Of a stretch of DNA of 64,000 nt, positions 1-10,397 are shown one piece after another. The notes under the pieces are model-generated. The model saw only the letters and a list, made by a program, of their open reading frames with translations. It did no database searches and had not been told where the DNA came from. The stretch covers positions 716,676-780,675 of the forward strand of contig MU053629.1 in NCBI GenBank assembly GCA_013239625.1, written 5' to 3'. Made by a program: the position numbers and the translations under genes. The DNA is from Lama guanicoe. Its lineage: Eukaryota. The number at the start of each line of letters is the position of its first letter. Position 1 is the stretch's first letter.

Positions 1-2119
1 ATGCTCCCTGGGGGGAGGCCTGGCTTGGGCGGAGATGAAGGTGAGTTCAGTTTGGGGCGTGTTGCACTGGACGTTCTGGAGGGACCCGCAGATAGAACGA
101 GTGAGTGGCCTTGAGCCTGATCAGGTTTGGGGACGTGGAGTCGGGTAGTTACCAGACAGTGACTGCAACTGCGAGGAAGGAGGAGCATGGGGGGGCAGAA
201 GAAGGCATCAGGGCAGAGCTGAGGAGTCCACCAGCTGGGACCGTTTTAGGAGACAGAGATGCCCATGGAGATTGAGCAGCAGCGGCAGCAGGTCAGAGGA
301 AAGCCGGGGGCCTGGTGTCAAGAGGAGGGAGTGCTTCAGCCCACCCGGGACACTGCCCAGGAGCAAGAAGGATGCAGGTGGGAGAGCCGGCCCCCAGCCC
401 CAGGGTCACGGAGGGCAGTGTCGCCCTGCCAGGACTGGCGGTGAGGAGTGGCCAGGCCGGTGAGGAAGGAAGCCAGCGTGTATAGACAGCCGCTGGGCAA
501 GTTTGGCGCTGAAGGGGAGGAGGGAGAGGAGCTGGAAGGGCCCCCCCGCGCTCTGACTCTCTGCCCCAGGTTTAGCATCACTGATGTTATCTCAGGGTCC
601 TTGGCCCAAGCCTGGCCCATCGTCTCCTAAGGCAGGGAACCATAGTTGAACCAACAGCCAGCCACGGCCATCGTGAAGGGAGCCTACCCATTCCCGAGTG
701 CAGAGCTTAATGATCCCTCTGTGGTTTCAACCTCAGCACCATCAAGTGATAAACACTTCAGTTTTCACTGCTTAAACCATACTCACTCAGTAGGGAGCCT
801 ATTAGGCCCACTTGCACAGCACTGGGTAGAGAACCCCTACCATCCGGCACCCGTGTTGGCCGCAGCTGCCGATCTGGGGAACACACGGCCGCAGGCTTGG
901 CTCCCACGCGGCAGTGACCCTTCCCTTCCCAACGCTCTCCAGTGGAGCAGAACTCCGTGAGGGAAACATTCCCTGCGTTGCCTTTTGACTCCTGCTGGCT
1001 TTCTCTTTGATAACATCAGAGCTCAGATTGGCTGCCCTCTGGAATTCCAAGCATTCCCAGAAGTCTAGGCCTCGGTATTGTTCTTACCCCGCTGGAGGAA
1101 GGAAAAGCCCAAAAACCGCTCAGGGGGTTTGGAACCCACGCTCTCCCCGAGCCTGGCTCAGCTTTAGCAGAAGTGAGTCAGCCGAGAGGATTTAAATCTT
1201 TGCACACAGAGAAATGTATCGGCTTGTGTAGAGTCTTAACTCCCAAATGGTCTGCATGCCCAAGAGCTCCAGCCTCTTTTGAGACCACCAGTGGAAAATA
1301 CCCCTCAGAAAAGTGCACCCACTCACTGGTCACTGCCCAGTGGACCCGGATGGGGCAGTGAACACCGGGTGTTGGCCGCACACCTGCCGGCTGCCCCTGC
1401 CCTCTGCGATCTCAGGAGCCAGTGTGTGGTCCTCACCGCCGCCTTCCTCATGAGCCCTGTCACAAACTGACCTGCCCTGTGGTTTCAGAGGTTGGCAGAG
1501 ATCCCGTGTGCCCTGTGGGTGAGAAAGCACGGGATGGGGACGGAGGGGGTGTCCAGTCACAGTGTTGCTGTGCTTACAGCTGTCTGGGATGCTCGAATTT
1601 CTTAGATATTTCCACATCTGTTATCCAGTTCATCCCGGCAGCAGTGCAGTGAGACAGGCAAGGCTGGTGCCACAGACCCCTTTAGAGATGAGGAGTGGGG
1701 GCCATAGAGCTTCATACCCTGTGGAGGTGAAGACCGTGGCCCTTGGGATCACAGACCAGAGTCCGCATCTCACCCCTGCCGTTCCCCAGGCTCTGGGAGT
1801 GTGGACACGAGCATCGTAGTTCTCACTGGAAACAGCAGTGGTGAGAGTGAAACAAGATCATGTACATCGTGCTTGGCTCAGCCCCGGGAACACAACCCTC
1901 AGTGAAGGGAAGTTGGTGTTGTTACAGACGTAGGAGTTGTTGTAGCTGCCGGACCCAGAAGACTTAAATGTTACGCCCAACGTTGTGTAATTCCTAAGTG
2001 TGCCTGGGACTTGGGATTCCAAGTCTAGCGTACAGAAGAGGTGGCCTGTGGTCTCTGTTCAATTAGAAGAGTGAAAATCCTGTGTTATGTCCAGTGTTAC
2101 GTGGGGGTATATCTGTGTA

Positions 2120-2460
2120 CTCGTTCACTCCGTATTTACTGAATGCCCAGTACACGCCAGGCCCTGGTCTGAGTACAAAACACAACAGACAGAAGCCCAG
2201 ACCAGGGGAGAAGACAGATGTATTAGTACATAAACAATAAAGTAGTTCCACATACTGCTGACTGCTATAAATAAAACAGGGCCAGCGGATGAGCTTGTGA
2301 TGGGGGTGAGCTCGCAGCTCGAGTGGTCAGGAAGGGTCTCCGGGGACATGACAGCTGAGCTGAGACCTGAATGATGCAGAGAGCCGGGTTCCAGGCAGAG
2401 AGAGGAACAACGGGAGAATCCTTGAAGCAGGAATGAGGGAGGATTTCCAATACAGAGGAA
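2120..2460 (-). mobile_element. L2 LINE 3' fragment (degenerate)
   Basis: ttcactccgtatttactgaatgcccagtac...ccaggccctgg resembles the reverse-complemented L2 tail; boundaries approximate. Confidence 0.6.
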
Positions 2461-2950
2461 GGACAGACCCATGTGCCGGTAGCATGCTGAGGGAGTCAGA
2501 ACCCCAGGACCCAAAGCTGGGGGTGCAGGTGGGCTGCCACGGGGACCTTGTGGGTCAGGGCAGGAGGCTTGCATTTTGTGCTCAGTGGTTTGGGTGACCC
2601 AGTTCCGGGCTCAGGTGGGTGGTGTCACTCCTCGGGTGTCTGCTTAGCTGCCTTCACAGGCAACTGGTCAGCAGGGCCAGCAGCTGGGAGGTGTTTCTGA
2701 ACCTGCAAAATGTAGCTGGCTTCTGCGTCCTGACTCAGCACCTGCCTCCCTTGGGGAGCTTCTTCAAGTCTGGATTCTGGACCTCCACCCAGACTCCTGC
2801 ATCAGAGTCTCCAAGGGTGGCTGCTGGGGTTTCTGCCATGCTGAAGACCTGGGGCTGTGATGGAGAGCCCCACCTCCCGGCTGCCACCCCTTGCCCTTGG
2901 CCGCGTGCCCTCGGGGCAGCCCGCTCACCTTGGGCCATGCTCTCTTTCAG

Positions 2951-3076
2951 GTGGTGTTGATCAATGCCATCAAAGACGTGGCCAAGGCCCTTTCAGATCT
3001 CATTGGTGCCACCAAGGGAGCTGCCAGCAAGCCTGCCGATGACCCCTCCATGTACCAGCTCAAGGGGGCCGCCAAG
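2951..3076 (+). CDS. TLN2: Talin-2 coding exon (first in window; 126 nt, VVLINAIKDVAKALSDLIGATKGAASKPADDPSMYQLKGAAK)
   Basis: Acceptor tctctttcag|GTG, donor AAG|gtagag; translation matches the talin rod. Upstream exons lie outside the window. Confidence 0.96.
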
Positions 3077-3277
3077 GTAGAGTGGAGCCCCAGCTAGGGG
3101 CAGGCAAGCTGGGGGTGAAAGAGCGAGAGAGGCACATTCAAGAGTGATGGAGGATGTACATCTGAGCTCCTTTCTCACTTAAATGGAAGCACTTGACTTG
3201 TGGCATTAGGTCTGGAACTAAAAGAAGGGGTCAGACCTAGCTCACTCCCTTTTCTCTCGGCCCCTCTTCCCATGCAG

Positions 3278-3394
3278 GTGATGGTGACCAATGTCACCTC
3301 CCTCCTCAAGACTGTGAAGGCGGTGGAGGACGAGGCCACGCGGGGCACACGGGCGCTTGAGGCCACCATCGAATACATGAAGCAGGAGCTCACA
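3278..3394 (+). CDS. TLN2: Talin-2 coding exon (117 nt, VMVTNVTSLLKTVKAVEDEATRGTRALEATIEYMKQELT)
   Basis: Acceptor catgcag|GTG, donor ACA|gtaagg; in frame with neighbouring exons. Confidence 0.96.
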
Positions 3395-5582
3395 GTAAGG
3401 AGCCACCGGTCACCTCCCTCGGGCCCCGAGTCCCACAGCCGACCCCAGTGCAGCTTCTCTGAGATTTTTAGCATGAAGAGGTTTTACCTGGAGCCCCTGA
3501 GCTAAGGAGGCCTCTCACCTGCCTGCTGGTAGCTTTGTATAATGGAGACACTGTGTGAAACTGACCACTTCCGAGTTTGGCTAGGATCGATTTGTAATTA
3601 AGTGAACTGAAGTATATCGCTTGGGACTATTCAGGTTTCATTCCACTAAAACTGCAGAATGAAACGAAAGCACTCCAGGAGGGTCCTGGCAAAAGGAAAA
3701 TTCAGGGTGGCTGCACGCACTCGTGATTTGAAATGACGTGGACAGTGCCCCGCCACACACAGCCCCTCTTGGTGCCCGTTGCCACTGGCAACAGCTCACA
3801 CGGCTGCACACATAGGGGTTTGGAAGTCTGAGGTTCGCTCTTAGGAAACCCTGGATGCCTTTCCCTGAGACATTTCCCTTTGAGATCCAGCTGCCTTCTG
3901 TGTGAGGTGTCTGACCTCAGAGACGTGGACCCCGTGTTCGCCCTTGCCTCGTTCCAGCATTGGAGAGCGAGCATGTCCTGGGGTTACTGTGGTCGTGCCT
4001 ATTCTTTCGATCCCATGATGGCTGTGGAGTGACTCATTGTAATCCCTAGAAATAGAAATCTGCTGAAAATGAGTAGTTTCAAGCTAAGGTTTCTTTTTAA
4101 TAGGACATCTGATCATAGATGACGCTTCTCTTTTGGAGGGGGAGTGGGGACCTGTCTTAGCTCCCAGTAGTTCTGCTTCTTTAGAGCATCACCTGGTAAA
4201 GGCCACAAGCCCCTGAGTGTCAGGGACCCCTGAGCCCTTCTCTTGGGCTTTGGAGGTAGAGCCTTGGATTCTCTTGTCCACTTTTTAATGAATCCTACTT
4301 TGGTTGATTTTGTGCTTAGTTCTCACATAAAGGAGAAGCCAAAAACTTCAAGCAGTGTCCTTAAAACAGAGCTGCCTGGAGCTCACCTGCCCGCACGGGC
4401 TGGGTGTTTCTTAACAAAAGTCTGGACATACGTTCTGACAGGTAGGGGTGGGCCGCATGGTGACAACGAAGGAGATTTGAAATTTGGAACTTCTTGAGAT
4501 CAGACTCGTGGTCAACGTAAGTAGAGCGACGTGATTTAGAATGGACCCAGATCGCACATTTCCATGGATGGAGGTTTCCAAAGGAGCATGTGACCCGAGG
4601 CCCACGTTAGTGTGGAGGGCTCTGTCCACGTACGTTACTCTGTAGTATTCCGGGGGGTCCTGGGTGCCCTGTTTGCAGCTATTCGTTTTTAGGAGGATAG
4701 TGATGTTTGGCACTGGTTGGCACATGGTAGAGATGCTGGCTGGGTCCTCCCTTCTGCCCAACGGATGATTTCCCTGCTGAAACACGGCTCCCTAGGGCTG
4801 AAGGTAGAGCAGCCCCACCTGTTTTGGGTGTCCTCGTGTGCAGGGCCAGCCAGAGCACCCGTCACTCATGTCAGAGCCGAGGCAGGTGGGCTGGAAGCAG
4901 GAACCGCTGGCTTGACTGGCAGGTGGAACTTAAAAGTAGGATATTCACTTACCATGGTTAATTTATTTCAGCTTCTCTAAAGGTTGTGTGTGTGTGCGCA
5001 CGTGCATATGTGTTAAATAATTCACAGTGTCACCGTGGCTCACTTGACATGAACACCTCCACACAGTTATGCAGTTATATTTGTAAGACAGGCTAAGAAT
5101 AGAAGAAACTGAATACTTCATTTCCCCCAGCTCCACACCCTCTTAAAGAGAGAAAGCTGAGTCCAAAGTGATGCCTGCAGGTGAGTCCTGCCCTGGAACC
5201 AGCACTGAGACTGCAGTGTCTCTGGAAGCTGCTGAAGCACCAGCAGGAGTGGGGCAGGAGACCTGGGAAGCCACACCACCCCCTCCCCTGGGGCAGTTTA
5301 TAAACACTGAGTGACATCTAACCAACAGTGAATGGAGATGCGTCTCCATCCCCATGTTGTCCCGTGAATGCCAAGTACAGGTGTGCGAGGCTTATCCATG
5401 CAGGAATCTTGAGAGCAAGAATGATAGGACTGCACTCAAATTAAATTTCTAATTTCCTGCCATTTGACGGTTTCTCCCCTGACTGGCTCTCTTTTCAGAC
5501 ACTGCAGCCCCGTAGGAGAAGCAGAAGTTATTCTTGTCCTTCCCCTTCTGATTTTTTCACCTCTTTGGTTTCTAACTTCCAG

Positions 5583-5768
5583 GTATTCCAGTCAAAAGAG
5601 GTACCTGAAAAGACGTCATCACCTGAAGAATCCATCAGGATGACGAAAGGCATCACCATGGCAACAGCCAAAGCCGTGGCCGCTGGGAACTCGTGTCGAC
5701 AGGAGGACGTGATTGCCACCGCCAACCTGAGCCGGAAGGCCGTGTCGGATATGTTGACGGCCTGCAAG
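5583..5768 (+). CDS. TLN2: Talin-2 coding exon (186 nt, VFQSKEVPEKTSSPEESIRMTKGITMATAKAVAAGNSCRQEDVIATANLSRKAVSDMLTACK)
   Basis: Acceptor cttccag|GTA, donor AAG|gtagag; talin rod sequence. Confidence 0.96.
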
Positions 5769-6002
5769 GTAGAGGCCTTGGCGTTGTTTTGGGTGGGTAG
5801 GCGGTGCTCCGTCAGGGCTGAGCTGTTGGGTTCAGCCAGCCGCATGCGGAAGGGAGCAGCTCAGTGCCTTAACCTGGGTAACAGCAGAGACGCTGAAGGC
5901 GGGTGTGCATCAGCCCTCGGGAGGTGGTTCTCTGAGCGGTTCTGTGTCCGAGGGTGGTGGGGTCTGCTTGGTGACTTAATCTCCCACTTTTCCTCCCAGT
6001 TC

Positions 6003-6698
6003 TTTTTTTTTTTTGAAAACCACAGACAATTTATCTTTCTAAAATTAGGAGGGAAAAAAATGAAGAACCCACGGTAGCAGGAAGAAGCAAAAAGAGTCTT
6101 CTAGGGTCTGGCATTGGATGAGATGTCCAGTTGCTGTGCATTCCCACTGTTTTCCCACGGCAGAACATAGGGCAGAGGCTTGGGAACGCGCGTGCCTGAA
6201 GCCGGGTTACTCTTACGTTCCATAACTGTGTTGCTTGCAGGGCTGTTGTGCCACAGTAGTTGGCTGTGCCCCAGACAAAAGGGGTACTTGTCTGTTCCCA
6301 CAAATCTCTATCCCAGTCTTCATCGCGAGGAGGGCACTGCCGTGTGCTCTCAGCCAGAGTCTCTTGTCCAAGGTTCCTGGTTTGGGTGACTATATCCTGC
6401 TCAATGCAGCTTTTGTCATCACAGCTTGAGATATGATGACTGATTTCAGCCCGAGGAACCTGATGGCGAGCACTGAAGGGACAAGTAGCCAGTTTGTGTG
6501 CGACATCAGGATGATTCTTTCTGCACCTGATAAGATGATAAGGAAACCTGCAGGCCCTGATCTGGTGGTTTTTACCGTAGGGGAATTGTAATAGCTTTTC
6601 AGGGTCCAGGGGATCGATACAGGTTTCTTCCACGTTGAAGATGAAGGAGCCAAGTCCAAGTGCTTGGCCGAGACACGCTCCCCCGACAGTCGCCTTTG
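6003..6698 (-). pseudogene. GTSF1: Processed pseudogene of gametocyte-specific factor 1 (CHHC zinc-finger piRNA-pathway factor)
   Basis: Intronless CDS homology 6633->6131 (503 nt). Start codon is GTG, the first Zn-finger Cys is Phe, there is a 1-nt deletion near 6248 and the stop reads CAA. It carries UTR-like flanks, a 12-nt poly-A (T-run 6003-6014) and the TSD cccagttcttt at 5995-6005 and 6702-6712. Confidence 0.93.
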
Positions 6699-7092
6699 CC
6701 CCCCAGTTCTTTCTAAGTAGACAGGACGCCTTCCTATGGGGGCAGCCGCTCGGCAGTAGTAAGGAGGGACTGTGGCCTTTTGTTCCAGGCCCTCCAAAGG
6801 AAAGCCGCACCCCTCGTCTGCCTGCGCCCTTTCCTGCCTCCATAGGTCAGCTGCTCTGTGCCTGGAGGGGTGTTGCCCTAACTGGGTCGGGGAGTGAGTT
6901 AGAGGAACCAAACAGAGCGTCAGGGATCTGCCTTTTTGCTCTCTGATCCTTGGGGAGACACCCGGGGCGGCCACCCTGAGCCGGTGCTTGGGGAGGGAGC
7001 TGGGGAGACCTGAGCTTTAAGACCTTTACGTTATTTTTTTATCTATTAATCAAGAGAGCCCCTAAGAGCCCCCACCCCCTACTGTTGAGCAC

Positions 7093-7115
7093 NNNNNNNN
7101 NNNNNNNNNNNNNNN
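7093..7115. other. Assembly gap (23 N)
   Basis: Run of n bases. Confidence 1.
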
Positions 7116-9431
7116 GGTTGCTGGCTTCTGCTCGGTGATGGGGCAGTGACCCCCTGCCATGGCGGGCAGGTGGGGTGAACCATGGAAGGTAGAAAGCAGC
7201 TGTTGCAGTGTGGGGGCTTCGGGAACAGGGCCCTTCTCTGTGGTGAAGTGAGCTGTGGGGAGAGCTGCTGGCAGGTCCGACACTGGCTTCTGAGGTTCCT
7301 CTAAGGGGTAGGATGGGCTGGCTGTCACGCGGCAGAAGGGATGGGCGTGCGAGGGCCCGGCCTGGGAGACAGCACTGCATTTCCTGGTCTCCTGGGTGTG
7401 GGGGAGGGTAGAGCCTAGGGAGTGGTGGGGTGGGGGCAGAAGAAGGTGGCAAGGTGGTAGGACCACTGTCATGAGGACCATGTGTGCTGGGTCAGGGAGT
7501 GTAGACTCTCCCAAGGCCACCAGTACAGTTTTGAAGCACTCCATGGCATCTGCCCTGGCAGAAGTGGTAACTCCCAAAAGGGTTACAGCCTCAGTCAGAA
7601 TAGCCTTGACCCAGCAGGATGGGGCCTGAACGCCACCACGGTGTCCATGCAGGGCACCTCCTAGTTTTGGAAGGGCTGGCAGGTGCGTTCTGTCATGGTC
7701 CTAGGTGGGAAGGGTAAGGGGAGTTCTTCCTAATGATGATTGGAAGATCATTGGATGATGATGACACAGGATGGAGACATGAAGCGGCATGACTAAGGGC
7801 ACACACTGTTACACTCAGAACCAGAGCTGCAGTGATGTCTCCTGCGTTCAGGGCCAGCTGCTGCTGCCACCCAGGGCCTCCCAGCCACAGAGCTCCAGGT
7901 CACTGTGGTTGATGACTGTCGGGTACTTTGGTCTCCCTGTGACAGACGTGAAACGAAAGGGGGAAATTGAACAGATTAAGGCGGAAATGGAAGGCAGCTC
8001 AGATTTTCGTCTCTTTCTTAACACCCGTCCTCCTGTTTTCAGAGGAGCAGGTTAAGGGTTGAAATACATTCCCCGTTTGCCCAGTCTCAGCTCCTCACTG
8101 TTACCCCACACCTGGGGTCGGGCCATCTGGTTTTGCAGGACAGAATAGCAGCTGGGGCTTCACACTCCAGTACTAGGTGTGATGACAGGTGTCACCGCTG
8201 AGCCCTGAGGCTCCTGTGAGGGTGGGACTTAACACTTAGTTTTCCTCTGGTCTCCTGTATTCCCCATCCCTTCACAGAAAGGAAGTGAGGCCGCTTGCCG
8301 GAAGGGGAGTGCAGCAGGAATATACAGAAAACCAGGGATGCGCAGTGGGCGGTCAGGGAGGAACCTGCTTCGTGCTAAGCAGAGGGCCACGTGGCCATAT
8401 CCGAGCACCACCTTTGGGGCTGAGCAGGGCAGCCAGGGCAGAGACGGAGATGCAACAGGTTACACACTGACTCGTCTTACCACACAGGGAGGACTACACT
8501 AATTGCTCCAGTGGGGACAAGGCCGTCTACACCCTAAGTTAATTCTAGTGTCTGTTTCTTTCTGGCCTTACTTTCATGTGCTTATGTCTACATTAGAGAC
8601 AATTTTCTATCTCCTATACCAGTGAATGTTACATGACCGTTTCTGTGTCATTGTGACTGACTCTTTAATGACCGCAGAATACTCCTTCCTCCACTATCAG
8701 ATATTTAGATTGTACGTTTTTTTAATCATCAGCTTTACTGCAGTGAACATCTTTGGGCATATCCATTTTTTCTGTGCTTTGAATAATATCCTTCGGTGAG
8801 ATTCCCAGAAGCAGAATTAGCAGGTCAAATGGTAGGACATTTTAATTACTGCTAGATGGCTCTCCCAGAGGGTTCTAGCAAGTTAGAGCCAAGCCAGCAG
8901 CCGTGACTGACCAGCAGTCACCATCAGCCCCACACGACTCTCATGAGGGCCCTGACGTGACCCACGGGAGGTGATGTTGAAAAGCATCATAGCCCTGGCC
9001 TTCCCCGGGGGAAGGGGGCGTCATCACCCCAGACCGGATGTGTCCTCACACAGGGGAGCCAGGCGGAGTAAAACGTGGGAGGAGTTAAAGGCATGACCCG
9101 TCGGTCCCTGGCTGAGTCAGACCAGCTTGTAAGTGACAGATGCTGGCCTCACGAATTATCCCCACTCATCCTGGGATGCTTTGAGGGGCAGGAAACGGAC
9201 CGTGTTCCCCAGGGTTCCCTCAACATCCCCCCTCCTACGGAGAGGGGCCTTAACTGGAGGAAGCAGGGAGGCTGGTCATTATTCCCCTACTGCCCCAACA
9301 TTTTATCCTAATGTGTGATTTGTATTTGCCCTGATTTGTGATTTATTTGCAGTTTTCTATTTTATAGTATCCTGTACGCACTCTCTGGTTCTTCCAGAGC
9401 AAGGGTATAGCAGGAGGAAAGGCTAAGTGGG

Positions 9432-9550
9432 TAGGGTTGCCAGACTGAGCACATAAAAAACAGGCTGCCTTATACTTCAGCTAAAATTTTTCATTGTCTG
9501 TTCGCAATTCAGATGTAACTGGATGTTCTGCAGTTCATCTGGCAACCCTG
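9432..9550. mobile_element. Internally deleted hAT DNA transposon, MER53-like
   Basis: Terminal inverted repeats tagggttgccaga ... tctggcaaccctg; degenerate 8-bp TSD taagtggg / tgaatggg. Confidence 0.8.
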
Positions 9551-10289
9551 TGAATGGGTGTGCCGTCTGAAATGATGTATCTGCAGGTCACAAGTACAAG
9601 CAGAAAGGGCCCGATGCTGTGTTAACCATATGTCCCGGCTCGCTTATCTCGACGTGTATAATGTGATATGAGTTATTTATGGCACCTCTGAGGGACTGGG
9701 GAGCTCCCCCTCTGAAGGTTCCCGGGAGCCGGAGGGCCCCGGTCAGGAGACTCACCGTGACTGGGGTGTGGTCAGGTCACGGAGTGAGGACCCCGGGCCT
9801 GGTGAGCCTGTGAGCAGTGAGGGGTCTGCAGGACACCTCCCGCCGCTGGAGTGGGACAGGCTGATCCCCGGACGGGCTGGCACCTGCTGTAAGCCCCAGT
9901 CATGAATCTTTCCTGGACATCTTGGTGCTTGTGGAATTTCCTACTTTTAAATAAAAGGTAGGGGGCTGCCAGTGAGAAAGGAAGGAAAGAGGGGCCAGAT
10001 TCACTTGCTTTTGCCTGGCCCAGGGGCACTTTAAAAAGCAAGACACAACCTGTGGTCAGAGATCCTGCAGTGGAGACAGGTGGAGGAGGGCCCCCCTCTC
10101 CCGAGGGAGGCAGGAGAGTTTCCTCAGAGAGGGCGCTCCAGGTAAGAAGGAATTCCCGAATTGAGGACTCCTGCCTCTGGGTCCAGGGCTGCACAACACT
10201 GCTGGGCAGGGGACCCCACCTGGCTGCCTGGTCCACTTACCATCTGCCTCTTCCTGATTTAAGACATCCCCGTTCCTTTCTCTCTCCAG

Positions 10290-10397
10290 CAAGCATCCTT
10301 CCACCCTGATGTCAGCGAGGAGGTGCGCACCAGAGCATTGCGGTACGGGACGGAGTGCACCCTCGGCTACCTGGACCTTCTCGAGCATGTCTTGGTG
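10290..10397 (+). CDS. TLN2: Talin-2 coding exon (108 nt, QASFHPDVSEEVRTRALRYGTECTLGYLDLLEHVLV)
   Basis: Polypyrimidine tract plus ctccag|CAA, donor GTG|gtgagg. Confidence 0.95.

Noticed and set aside
3175..3474. Antisense ORFs overlapping TLN2 exons (also 5528..5845, 19455..19673, 30819..31115, 36169..36357)
   Set aside because: Shadow frames produced by the Ala-rich codon pattern on the coding strand.
6390..6974. 194-aa minus-strand ORF and other ORFs overlapping the GTSF1 copy
   Set aside because: Alternative frames of the same retrocopy and flank, with no recognisable protein similarity.
7039..7577. ORFs spanning the N run
   Set aside because: Their length depends on an assembly gap, and they show no protein similarity.
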